Shown: one piece after another, positions 45,772-55,264 of the stretch
Position numbering within the stretch: the stretch's first letter is position 1
Layout: every line of letters begins with the position of its first letter
Assembly: GCA_963729875.1 (NCBI GenBank)
Contig: CAVSPR010000004.1
Location: 442,046 to 506,045 of the forward strand
Source of the DNA: an uncultured Acidobacteriota bacterium
GTDB taxonomy: Bacteria; Acidobacteriota; Vicinamibacteria; Fen-336
Direction: 5' to 3'
Length of the DNA stretch: 64,000 nucleotides
The notes under the pieces: model-generated
Databases searched by the model: none
Told to the model about the DNA's origin: nothing
Seen by the model: the letters and a program-made list of their open reading frames with translations, nothing else
Program-made: the position numbers and the translations under genes

Positions 45772-45843
45772 CCTACCAGATCGCCCCGCGCGAGGAAACG
45801 GGGACCGCCCTTGCGGCGCGGCTGCTATAGTCCCCGCGCGGGC

Positions 45844-48174
45844 ATGACTCTCCCTCGCGTCGTCAGGCGGGACGCTGCGGTGGCCGGTCTCGTGCTCGCC
45901 CTCTGCCTCGTGCTCTTCCCGCGCGCGCTGCTGAGGGGCGAGATCTTCTTCGAGCGCGACCTCCACGTCGACTGGTACCCACGCATCGCCTCCATCTCCC
46001 GCAGCCTGGCCGCGGGGGCGTGGCCGCTGTGGGACCCGTTCATCGGCTTCGGGCAGCCGCTCCTCGCCGACCCCGGGGCGCAGGTGGCGTACCCGGCCAC
46101 CTGGCTGGCGCTGCTTCTCCCCACCGGCGCGGGCTACACGGCCTTCGTCGTCTGCCACCTGGTGCTGACCGCGGTCGGGGCCGCGCGGCTCGCGCGCGCG
46201 GTCGGGGCCGGCCGGGTCGGGGCGGTCGCGGCGGCCGCATTCTGGACGCTGTCGGGCCCCCTGCAGTCGAGCGTGAACCTGTGGCACCACTTCGCGGGCG
46301 TCGCCTGGACGCCCTGGGTGCTGCTCGCCGTCGACCGGCTGGCACGGCGGCCGGGCGCCGCCGCCGCGGCGTGGCTCGCCGCGGCGCTCGGGGTCCAGAT
46401 ACTGGCCGGCTCGGCGGACGCGTGCGCGATGACGCTCCTCCTCGGGGCGGGGTGGGCCGGCCTCCGCCTCGCCGGGCGCTCGGCCCGGGGGCGCCGGGCG
46501 GGGCGGGCCGCCGGGGCGGCGGCCGGCGCGATCGTGGTCGCCGCCGCGGCGACCGCCGTCGTCTGGTGGCCCGCGGGCGACCTGCTGTCCCGCTCGCCCC
46601 GCCGGGACCTCCCGGAGGACGTCCGCACCGCCTGGTCGGTGCCGGCGGCGGGCCTGCTCCGGCTCGCCGTTCCGCTCGAGCCCTCGCGCGTGCCCTTCGC
46701 GTCGGGGACGTGGCCGTCGCTCTACGGCGGCCCGCAGCCGCCCTTTCTTCTCTCCCTGTACATGGGCCCGGTGCTGCTCGCGGGGGCCGTCGCCGGCCTC
46801 GCGTGGAGGAGGGTGCGGCGGCGCGCCGTGCTGCTGCTCGCGGGGGCGACGGGGGCCCTCGCGGTGGCGATGGGGCCGCAGGGCCTGGTCTACTCCCTGC
46901 TGGTCGCGCTCCTTCCCCCGCTGCGCATCTTCCGCTACCCGTCGAAGGCGACCCTGGTGGCGGCGCTCCTCCTCTCGCTCGCGGCGGGACTGGGCGTGGC
47001 CGCAATGCGGCGCGGCGCCTGTCGGCCGGCCCTCGCCGGGCTCCTGCTCGCGGGCGCGCTGCTGGCGGGCCTCGCGGGGCCCGGCTTCGGAGCCGCCTTC
47101 CCCGTGCTGGTGGTCGCCCTGGCCTGCGCCGCCGCGGTCCTGGTGACGCTGGTGGCGCGGGGCCGTGTCCGCCCGGGGCTCGCGGCCCCTGTTTTCGCCG
47201 CGCTGGCCGTCGCCGATCTGGTGGGCGTGCACGCGGGGATGAACCCGACGGCGCCCGCCTCGCTGCTGCTCGTCCCCCCTCCCCTCGTCTCGCACGTGGA
47301 CCGCAGCGAGGGACGCCGCCTCTACGTCTACGACTACCACGGCCTCCCCGAGGCCTCGCGGAGCCACCTCGGCCGGGCCGCCCCCTATGCTCATCTCTCC
47401 GCGCCCGCCGGCTGGGACGAGCGCGCGTTCGTCATGGTGGCGCTGCGTCTGTACCTGGTGCCGCCCGCGGCCGGCTTCTACGGGCTGGAAGGCAGCTACG
47501 ACCTCGACCTGCGCGGCCTCTACCCGCGGGAGCTCCGGGACCTGACCCTCTTCCTCCGCCAGGTGGAAGGGCAGCCGGCGCACGCGAAGCTCCTGCGCAT
47601 GGGGGCGGTGGGAACCGTGGCCTCCCTCCACGACGGTGGCTTCGGAGTGCCCGTCGCGACCCTCGCGAGCCTCTTCCCCGAGCCGATCCGCGTGTGGCGC
47701 GTGCCGGAGGCGCTCCCCCGCTCGTGGGTCGCAGGGTGCGCGCGTCTCGCCGACCGGGGTCCCGCGTTCGAGGCGCTCCTCGACCCGGGTTTCGACCCGG
47801 CGGGAGAGGTCATTCTCGCCGGGCCGGTCAGCGGGGGCTCGACGTGCGGGCCCGCGGGAACGAGCCGCTACCTCAGCCCGCAGCCCGACCGGGTGCGGCT
47901 GGAGGTCGAGGCGGAGAGGGAAGGGTACGTCGTCGTGGCCGACGCCTTCGACCCCGGGTGGCAGGCGAGCGTCGACGGTGTGGCCGCGCCGTTGCTGCGG
48001 GCGAACGTGGCCTTCCGCGCCGTCCCCGTCCCCGCCGGCCGGCACGTCGTCGAGATGGTCTACCGGCCCCGGGCCGTGGCCCGCGGGCTCGCCCTCACGC
48101 TGCTCACGATCGCCCTGGCGGCCGTCGCCGCGGCCACAGCAGCCCTGCGGTCGCGGCGAGGGCGAGGGCGCTGA
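45844..48174 (+). CDS. YfhO-family GT-C membrane protein, paralogue 1
   Basis: N-terminal TM bundle with ERDLHVDWYP... and the C-terminal YfhO signature DPGWQASVDGVAAPLLRANVAFRAVPVPAGRHVVEMVYRP. Confidence 0.7.
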   Translation: MTLPRVVRRDAAVAGLVLALCLVLFPRALLRGEIFFERDLHVDWYPRIASISRSLAAGAWPLWDPFIGFGQPLLADPGAQVAYPATWLALLLPTGAGYTAFVVCHLVLTAVGAARLARAVGAGRVGAVAAAAFWTLSGPLQSSVNLWHHFAGVAWTPWVLLAVDRLARRPGAAAAAWLAAALGVQILAGSADACAMTLLLGAGWAGLRLAGRSARGRRAGRAAGAAAGAIVVAAAATAVVWWPAGDLLSRSPRRDLPEDVRTAWSVPAAGLLRLAVPLEPSRVPFASGTWPSLYGGPQPPFLLSLYMGPVLLAGAVAGLAWRRVRRRAVLLLAGATGALAVAMGPQGLVYSLLVALLPPLRIFRYPSKATLVAALLLSLAAGLGVAAMRRGACRPALAGLLLAGALLAGLAGPGFGAAFPVLVVALACAAAVLVTLVARGRVRPGLAAPVFAALAVADLVGVHAGMNPTAPASLLLVPPPLVSHVDRSEGRRLYVYDYHGLPEASRSHLGRAAPYAHLSAPAGWDERAFVMVALRLYLVPPAAGFYGLEGSYDLDLRGLYPRELRDLTLFLRQVEGQPAHAKLLRMGAVGTVASLHDGGFGVPVATLASLFPEPIRVWRVPEALPRSWVAGCARLADRGPAFEALLDPGFDPAGEVILAGPVSGGSTCGPAGTSRYLSPQPDRVRLEVEAEREGYVVVADAFDPGWQASVDGVAAPLLRANVAFRAVPVPAGRHVVEMVYRPRAVARGLALTLLTIALAAVAAATAALRSRRGRGR

Positions 48175-50367
48175 GCGCGAGGCCTCCGCGAAGGCGCGGG
48201 GGCCGGAAGCGCAGCTCCACCGAGCTGCGGCCCCGCGGCACCGGGACCGTCCACCCACCGGGGACGCGCCCCAGTGCCGCCGGCCGGCCGTCGACCGTCC
48301 CCTCCCATCCCCGCGCCCAACCCTCGCGCACGACGAGCGTGGCCGGGCGGTCCGACTCGACGATGGCCAGGATTCGCCCGGTCGAGCGGTGGGCCTCGAC
48401 CACCCGCCCGGCGGGCGGATCACCGCCGGGCGGAACGGCCGTCACCTCGAGCAGCGGTGAGGGCCGCCTCGTCTCGTACACGCGCACCCGGAGCGGGGCC
48501 ACGCGGGCCGGCGCGAGCGTCCGCTCGAGGGCGAGGTCCGGGTGGCGCAGCTCCGTGGCGCTGAGCACCCACCGGACGCCGGCGAGCTGCAGGCGCGGGG
48601 CGATCCGGTCGAGGTCCCGGCAGGAGGCCTCCTCCGGCGAAAGCACCTGCTCCTCGGGCACGAGCATGGTGAGGTCGGGGCTGAGCGCGGTGGCGACCCC
48701 GAAGCGCAGGTTCGAGAACGGCGTGAGGGTCTCCTGGAGGCCGGCGAAGGTCCACAGCTCGTGGTCCCCGCCGCGCGCGTGGCGGGCGGCCACGTAGGCG
48801 GGGCTTTCGTCGAGCGAGCAGGTGAAGACGCGGCCCTCGCGCAGGGACGGCAGCGCCGCGGAGAGCTCCCGGGAGACCCCGAAGAACGGGACCGGGACCA
48901 TGGGGTTGAGCCCCGCCCCGGCGCGGAGCAGGTCGGCGGCGACCACGACCACGGCCAGTCCGACCCCGATGCGGGGGGCGAGCTTTCCGAGGAGGACGGC
49001 GAGCGCGGTCCCGCAGAGCAGGAGCGCGAGGAAGCCGCCGGCGGCCGCGTCGGCCAGGACCCGTTCCAGCATCCGCGCCCTCGCGGACGCGTCGAGGCCA
49101 GGGGGGAAGAACCGCGCGCCGAAGGCCGCCAGCGGTCCCGGCAGGAGGGCCGGGAGCGTCGCGGAGAGCGCGAGGACCGCTCCCAGCGCACCCGCCACGG
49201 CGCCGAGCCGCCTCCAGGCGGCGCGCGACGGCTCGCCGGCGAGCGCGGCGAGGCCCAGGGATGCCAGGAGGGACACGGCGAAGTGGACGGTGAAGAACGC
49301 CTTCACCGGGAAGCGCAGGACGCGCAGCGCCGGGACCGCGTCGACGAGCGGGGCGAGGCCCGCGAAGCGCCCGAGCGACAGGACGAGCGCGACCAGGGCC
49401 AGGGCCGCGAGCGGGCGGCTCATCCTCCGGCCCGACGTCGCCCCGACGAGGCACAGCGAGAGGGCCGCCGCGCCGAGGTAGAGGCTCAGCACGTAGGGGA
49501 AGCCCCGGGGAAGAAGTTCTGGCCCCACCACTCGTTGACGAGGTTGCTCGTGTTCCCGTACAGCCCGCCCACGACGACCTGGAGGAGCGTGAAGGGGTGG
49601 ACGGAGTGGGCGAGGACCACGTCGGTGGGCAGCCCGCGCCCGCGGGCGCTGCCCTCCACCTGGCCCGCGACCAGGACGAGGACCGGCGCCGCGATCGCGG
49701 CGCCGAGCGCCAGCGAGCCCGCGAGCGCGAGCCGGTCCGCCGCCCGGGCCCGGGCGAGACGCCGCCAGCCCAGGACCAGCCCGATCGCCACGGCCTGTCC
49801 GACGACCTCGACGCCCGTCGTCGAGAGGCCGATCGCCAGGAGGAGAGCGGTGAGGGCCACGGCGCGGCGGTCGCTTCCCGGACCGTCCCGCGCGAGCACG
49901 AGGACCAGGAGCGGGGCCCAGGCCGCGGCCTCGACGTACACGTAGAGGTTCAGGCTCGAGAGCAGGAAGCCGCCGAGCGCGTAGACGAGCGCCCCCCCGG
50001 CCGCCGCGACGGCGGGGAGGCCCAGGCCGCGGGCCATCGCGAGGAAGGTGACCGCGGCGAGCGGGACGTGCAGGGCGAGTACCAGCGAGATGCCGACCTC
50101 GTCGGGTCGCACCAACTGGAGGAGGTCGAGGGGGTATCCCACGGCGGGCAGGGACAGGGGGACACCCTCGTGGACCAGGGGGTTCCACAGCCGCACCTCG
50201 CCCGCCCGCAGGCCCTCGAGCGCGTAGCGTCGCAGGGGCAGGAACTGCATCGCGAGATCGCGGAAGTAGAGGGACGCGCCGGAGAGGGCCCCGCGCAGGA
50301 AGGGCAGGAAGGCAACCAGCGCGACGAGGGCGGCGGGGAGCGCCCGGCGTCCTCGGGTCGGGCCCAC
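48104..50367 (-). CDS. YfhO-family GT-C membrane protein, paralogue 2; frameshift at ~49495-49505 (C run)
   Basis: N-terminal half in ORF 49486..50682 (...LYFRDLAMQFLPLRRY...NEWWGQNFFPG), C-terminal half in ORF 48104..50188 (GFPYVLSLYLG...ARGWEGTVDGRPAALGRVPGGWTVPVPRGRSSVELRFRP). GTG start ~50367, 9 nt after the acetyltransferase stop. Confidence 0.65.
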
Positions 50368-50375
50368 TTCGACCC

Positions 50376-50915
50376 TCAGTCGAGGCGACGCAGGACGCGG
50401 GCGGGCACGCCGGCGACCAGCGTTCGCGGTGGCACGTCGGCGGTGACCACGCTGCCGGCGGCCACGAAAGAGCAGGACCCGACCCGCACCCCGGGCAGCA
50501 GCGTGACGTTCGCGCCGACGAAGGCGCCCGACTCCACCACGACCGGCGCCGCGACCGCGGGGAAGTGCGCCTGGAGGGGGTGGTCGGCGTAGCCGACGTT
50601 CGTGTGGGTGAGGACCAGGACCCGCTCGGCGAGCGTGACCTGGCGCTCGAGGCGGACGGACTCGGCGAGGTCGATCAGGCACTCGTCGCCGAGGAAGCAG
50701 TCCTCCCCGACGTCGAGCCCGCGCAGCCCGCGGCGGTAGAGGTTGAAGAAGCGCACGTCGTGCAGGATGGCGCGGCGGCCCACGCGGGCCCCGAGCAGGC
50801 GAAGCCAGGGCGCGCGCAGCTGGGGCACGAGCGCGAGGCGGTAGGGGACCATCGCGAGCGTGAAGAAGCCGAAGCGCACGGCGCGGCCCCAGCCGATCTC
50901 GCGGAGCGCCTTCAT
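50376..50915 (-). CDS. Hexapeptide-repeat (LbH) acetyltransferase
   Basis: MKALREIGWG... N-terminal TM, then left-handed beta-helix repeats (VVESGAFVGANVTLLPGVRVGSCSFVAAGSVVTADV). ATG overlaps the GT2 stop (ATGA). Confidence 0.75.
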   Translation of the reverse strand: MKALREIGWGRAVRFGFFTLAMVPYRLALVPQLRAPWLRLLGARVGRRAILHDVRFFNLYRRGLRGLDVGEDCFLGDECLIDLAESVRLERQVTLAERVLVLTHTNVGYADHPLQAHFPAVAAPVVVESGAFVGANVTLLPGVRVGSCSFVAAGSVVTADVPPRTLVAGVPARVLRRLD

Positions 50916-51637
50916 CGCCCCTCGGCCCGCAGCCGGCGCCGGAAGCGGAGGAGCTGGCGGAAGTAGCGCGCGGAGTCGCGGAGGCCGCGCACGGTCGACG
51001 CCTTGTCCTCGCGGCGCACGTAGGCCCCTGGGATCTCCGTGACCTCGAGGCCGCGGCGCGCCGCGCGCGCCATGAACTCGGTGTCCCAGAACCACCCGCC
51101 GTCCTCGATCTCGTCGAGGAGGGGCAGCACCCGCTCCCGCCGGAAGAACTTGTAGCCCGTCTCGGTGTCGCGGTAGGGCACCCCGAGCAGCCGGCGGACG
51201 AGGAAGGAGTAGCCCCGGCTCATGAGGTAGCGGTCGAGGGAGAGGACCTGGAAGGCGTAGATGCGGCGCAGGGTCGCCACGTCCGCCCCCTTCTCGATCG
51301 CCCGCACGAGGGACGGGATGTAGCGACAGTGGACCTCGAGGTCGACGTCGATGTAGCCGGCGATCGTCCCCCGCGCCGCCCGGAAGCCGTCGGTCACGGT
51401 CGCCCCCCGCCCGCGGTTGGCGTCGTGCAGGATGAGCCTCAGGTCCAGGCCGGGGTGCGCCGCCACGATCGCGTCGAGGATCTCCCGGGTCCGGTCGCGG
51501 CTCGCGTCGTCGACGAAGAGGACCTCGAAGGGCCAGGGGGCCTGCTCGAGCGTCTCGAGGATCTCGTCGACGCTCCCCGCGAGGTGCGGTGCTTCGTTGT
51601 AGCAGGCCAGCACGAGGCTGAGGTACGGCGCCGTCAC
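50912..51637 (-). CDS. GT2 glycosyltransferase, polyprenyl-phosphate sugar synthase type (ArnC/GtrB/DPM1-like)
   Basis: LSLVLACYNEAPHL...EVLFVDDASRDRT...ANRGRGATV(DxD-region)...FLVRRLL match a GT2 of the ArnC/GtrB type. GTG start overlaps the aminotransferase stop (GTGA). Confidence 0.8.
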   Translation of the reverse strand: MTAPYLSLVLACYNEAPHLAGSVDEILETLEQAPWPFEVLFVDDASRDRTREILDAIVAAHPGLDLRLILHDANRGRGATVTDGFRAARGTIAGYIDVDLEVHCRYIPSLVRAIEKGADVATLRRIYAFQVLSLDRYLMSRGYSFLVRRLLGVPYRDTETGYKFFRRERVLPLLDEIEDGGWFWDTEFMARAARRGLEVTEIPGAYVRREDKASTVRGLRDSARYFRQLLRFRRRLRAEGR

Positions 51638-52779
51638 CGCCCGGTCTCCCGGACCGCGTCCACGACCCGCTCGACGTCCTCGTCCGAGAGGAGCGGGTGG
51701 AGGGGGAGGCGCAGCAGCCTCGCTGCCACCCGGTCGGTGACCGGCAGATCGGTCTCGACGCCAATCGCGCGGGCGTGGGGAGACGAGTGCAACGGGACGT
51801 AGTGGAAGGTGGCGCCGATGCCCCCCGCGCGCAGGGCCGAAAGGGCCGCATCGCGGAGGCGACCCTCGGGGTAGATCAGGTGGAAGATGTGGTGGTTCGA
51901 CGTCCGCTCCGGCAGCTCCGCCGGGAGCCGGACCCCGTGCTCGGCCGCCCAGGACGAGAGGCCCGTCCGGTAGCGGGCCACGACGGCCGCGCGCCGAGAC
52001 TCGATGGCCTCGAGCTTCGCGAGCTGGGCGAGGAGGACGGCGGCCAGCAGGTCGGAGAGCACGTAGCTGCTGCCCTCCGCGATCCAGGTGTACTTGTCCA
52101 CCTCTCCGCGGAAGAACGCGGCGCGGTTCGTGCCCTTCTCTCGGACGATCTCGGCCCGGCGCGCCACGGCCGGGTCGGAAACCACCAGGGCGCCGCCCTC
52201 GCCGCAGGTGACGTTCTTCGTCTCGTGGAAGCTCAGGCACCCCGCGTCCCCCAGGGTGCCGAGCGCGCGCGAGCGCCAGGTCGCCCCGAGGCCCTGGGCG
52301 GCGTCCTCGACCAGGAGCAGGCGGCTGCGTCGGGCCAGCCCGAGGAGGGCCTCCATGTCGGGCGCCACCCCGGCGTAGTGCACGGGCAGGATCGCGGCGG
52401 TGCGCGGAGTGATCCGGGACTCGACGTCCGCGGGGTCGAGCCCGAGCGTCGTCTCCTCGATCTCCGCGAAGACGGGGCGGGCCCCCACGCGCAGCACGGC
52501 GTTCGCGCTCGACACGAACGTGAACGAAGGGCAGATCACCTCCTGGCCCGGGCCAATCCCCAGGGCGAGCAGGCCGAGCTCGAGGGCGTGGGTGCCCGAG
52601 GTGGTGAGCAGCACTCGGGAGGCGCCGAGTCGCTCGGCGAGGAGCGCCTCGACCCGGCGGCCGATCGGGCCGTCGCCGGCCACGCGTCCCCCGAGCGCTT
52701 CGCGTACGGCCTCGACCTCGCGCTCGTCGAACCACGGCGCGTGGAAGGGAATCGGGTGGTCGTTCGGCGCGCGCCCCAC
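51634..52779 (-). CDS. DegT/DnrJ/EryC1/StrS-family sugar aminotransferase (ArnB/WecE-like)
   Basis: IPFHAPWFDEREVEAVREAL...TSGTHALELGL...FHETKNVTCGEGGALV (PLP-Lys region). The start is uncertain: GTG ~52779 is only ~27 nt from the divergent YfhO-3 start. Confidence 0.75.
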   Translation of the reverse strand: MGRAPNDHPIPFHAPWFDEREVEAVREALGGRVAGDGPIGRRVEALLAERLGASRVLLTTSGTHALELGLLALGIGPGQEVICPSFTFVSSANAVLRVGARPVFAEIEETTLGLDPADVESRITPRTAAILPVHYAGVAPDMEALLGLARRSRLLLVEDAAQGLGATWRSRALGTLGDAGCLSFHETKNVTCGEGGALVVSDPAVARRAEIVREKGTNRAAFFRGEVDKYTWIAEGSSYVLSDLLAAVLLAQLAKLEAIESRRAAVVARYRTGLSSWAAEHGVRLPAELPERTSNHHIFHLIYPEGRLRDAALSALRAGGIGATFHYVPLHSSPHARAIGVETDLPVTDRVAARLLRLPLHPLLSDEDVERVVDAVRETGR

Positions 52780-52806
52780 GGCGCGGATGCTAACATGCCC
52801 CCGCGA

Positions 52807-55083
52807 ATGAACGGGTGGCGCGGGGCGCTCGCGATCGGGCTGGCCGCGGTCGCGTGGCTTTTCTCGGGGCCGCTCTTTGCGGGTCGCGTCCTCTACTACC
52901 GCGACGTCGCCGTCACGTACTACCCGGACCTGGTCTTCGTCGAGCGCTCGCTGGGCCAGGGAGTCTGGCCCCTCTGGCACCCGGGAGCCGACGCCGGCGC
53001 GCCGTTCCTGCTCGCCTACCCGGTCCACCTCGTCCTCCTGCTCGCGGTCGGGGCCCGAGCGACACTCGCGCTCTCCCCACCGCTGCACCTCCTGCTCGCG
53101 ATGGCGGGGACCGCCGCGCTCGCCCGACGGCTGGGGATCGGGCCGGCGGGTTCGGCCCTCGCGGGTGCGGTCTTCGGGCTCTCGGGCCAGATGCTGGGCT
53201 CGGTCCTCTACCCCGTGTTCCTCGCCGCCGCCTGGGCGCCCCTGGCCGTGGAGCGCTTCCTCGCGCTCGTCCAGTCCCCGAGCGGTCGCCGCGTCGCGCT
53301 CCTCGCCCTCGTGCTCGCGGCGCAGGTCTCGACCCTCGGTGCCGAGGCCGTCCTCGCCACCGCGGTGGCCGCGCTCTTTCTGATCGCGCGCCGGCCCGGT
53401 CGTCGCGCGGTGCTGTCCGCCGCCGCGGCCCTGGCCCTCGCCGCCTGCCTCGCCGCGCCCGCGCTGCTCGGGGCGTGGGCTCTGCTCGCCGGCACGGCGC
53501 GGGGAGCCGGCTTCCCGGCCGCCGAGCGCCTGGGTTTCTCGGCGCCGCTCCCCGTCCTCCTCGAGGCGGTGTGGCCGCGCTTCCTCGGGGACACCCACAC
53601 CTTCACCGACGTCGGCTACTGGGGTCAGCCGTTCTTCCCTTCGGGCTCGCCCTTCTTCCTGAGCCTCTACCTGGGCCCGGTCGTCTTCCTCCTCGCGCTC
53701 GGCGCCCGGAGGGGGGCACGACGCCTTTGGGCGCTGGCGGGCCTCGGGGTGCTCCTGGCGCTCGGTGGGCACGGGCCCCTCGGCCTCGCACCGTGGCCCT
53801 TCCCGGGCTTCCTGCGCCACCCGGTGAAGCTGTTCCTCCTGGCGACACTCGCGGTCGCCCTGCTGGCCGGGCTGGGCCTCGAGCGCGCGCGGGCCGGGCC
53901 GGGCCGACTGCGCCGGTGGGCCTGGGTGCCGGGCCTGGCCCTGCTGGCCGCAGCGCTCGTCGCCCGGCTCGCGCCGGGCGCCCTGGCGGCCGGACTGTCT
54001 CTCGTGATTCCCGCGGCCGGGGGGCCGCAGGCCGGGGAAGTCATCCGTGGGCAGTGGCCGCTCGCGATGGCATCGACGGGGGCGCTCGCGCTCGGGGCGG
54101 GCCTCGCGGTCCTCGCCGGCCCGAGGCTGGCCGCGGTCGCGGGTCTCCTCGCGATCGTGGATCTTCTCGTGGTGAACGGCGGGCTCAACCCATCGGCGGA
54201 CGGGACCTTCTTCACCCTGCGGCCGGAGGTTCGGGAAGCCGTCGAAAGGGCACGCGCGGAAGGACGGTACCGGTGGTTCTCCTACGGCATCGCCGGCTCA
54301 CCCGGCCTGCGGTGGGATCCCGCGATCGTGCGGCGCGACTCGGACGTCTGGCTCTTCTACCTCGACCGGCAGTCGCTGCTGCCGCGCACGCACGTTCTCG
54401 ACGGCCTCGAGGGGGCCTTCGACGTCGACCGCATGGGGCTCGCGCCGGCCGCGTCGACCCTGGGGGTGGCCGAGGCCCGGACGGCTCTGTTCCCTGAGCA
54501 CTACCGCCGCCTGCGGCTCGCCGGGGTCCGCTGGGTGCTGGGCTTCGACGCGCTTCCCGAGGACCTCGTCCGCCTGCGGGCGTCGCTGCCCCTGCCGGGG
54601 CTGGTCGAGCCCCTGCGACTTCACGAGCTGCGCGACCCGCTCCCGCGCGCCTTCTGGGTCGGGGAGGCGGAAGTCGAGCCGGACCCCGCCCGCCGGGCGC
54701 GCCGGCTCGAGGACGCCCGGTTCGACCCGCGGCGGGCCGTGCTCCTCGACACCGCGCCGCCCCCCCTCCCGAGCGCTCCGGGCGGCCCCGGGTACGAGGC
54801 CCGTGTGTCGTATCGCCTGATCGACCCCCATACCGTGAGCCTGGAGGCTCGGACGCCGCCCGGCTTTCTCGTCGTCCTCGACGGCCATCATCCGGACTGG
54901 GTGGCCGAGGACGAGTCGGGTCCGGTCAGCGTCCTGCGGGCCCAGGGGCGCTACCGCGCTCTGCCGACCGCGGGGGGCGAGCGGCACATCACCTTGCGCT
55001 ACCGGCCTCGATGGCGGGCGAGCGCGCTGACGCTGGCCGGCCTCGGTGCCCTCGCCGCGATGGCTCTCGCCTTCCGGCGGTGA
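52807..55083 (+). CDS. YfhO-family GT-C membrane protein, paralogue 3
   Basis: MNGWRGALAIGLAAVAWLF...VLYYRDVAVTYYPDLVF...YWGQPFFPSGSPFFLSLYLGPVVFLLALG and a C-terminal domain homologous to paralogues 1 and 2. Confidence 0.7.
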   Translation: MNGWRGALAIGLAAVAWLFSGPLFAGRVLYYRDVAVTYYPDLVFVERSLGQGVWPLWHPGADAGAPFLLAYPVHLVLLLAVGARATLALSPPLHLLLAMAGTAALARRLGIGPAGSALAGAVFGLSGQMLGSVLYPVFLAAAWAPLAVERFLALVQSPSGRRVALLALVLAAQVSTLGAEAVLATAVAALFLIARRPGRRAVLSAAAALALAACLAAPALLGAWALLAGTARGAGFPAAERLGFSAPLPVLLEAVWPRFLGDTHTFTDVGYWGQPFFPSGSPFFLSLYLGPVVFLLALGARRGARRLWALAGLGVLLALGGHGPLGLAPWPFPGFLRHPVKLFLLATLAVALLAGLGLERARAGPGRLRRWAWVPGLALLAAALVARLAPGALAAGLSLVIPAAGGPQAGEVIRGQWPLAMASTGALALGAGLAVLAGPRLAAVAGLLAIVDLLVVNGGLNPSADGTFFTLRPEVREAVERARAEGRYRWFSYGIAGSPGLRWDPAIVRRDSDVWLFYLDRQSLLPRTHVLDGLEGAFDVDRMGLAPAASTLGVAEARTALFPEHYRRLRLAGVRWVLGFDALPEDLVRLRASLPLPGLVEPLRLHELRDPLPRAFWVGEAEVEPDPARRARRLEDARFDPRRAVLLDTAPPPLPSAPGGPGYEARVSYRLIDPHTVSLEARTPPGFLVVLDGHHPDWVAEDESGPVSVLRAQGRYRALPTAGGERHITLRYRPRWRASALTLAGLGALAAMALAFRR

Positions 55084-55186
55084 GCCTGTGCGGTATTTCA
55101 CCGTTCGGCGGGCATGCGACGTGCTATTCTCTGCCCGCAGAAGCGGAAATGGCCGGTATCCGGTCACGCGATGGCAGGAACGAGGC

Positions 55187-55215
55187 TTGACACCTCTAGA
55201 CCTGGGCGTTAGCAT
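55187..55215 (+). promoter_or_regulatory. Putative sigma70-type promoter TTGACA-N17-TAGCAT upstream of pilB
   Basis: Same architecture as the pilM upstream element (27942-27970). Confidence 0.35.
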
Positions 55216-55264
55216 CCGGTGACTAAATAGCTGTGGGTGCGTGATTTTTCTGGCTGAGTACTGA

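Noticed and set aside
46020-50188. Several 300-900-aa Arg/Gly/Pro-rich ORFs overlapping the YfhO paralogues
   Set aside because: They are alternative-frame or antisense readings of membrane-protein genes; the YfhO signature is found only in the frames annotated above.
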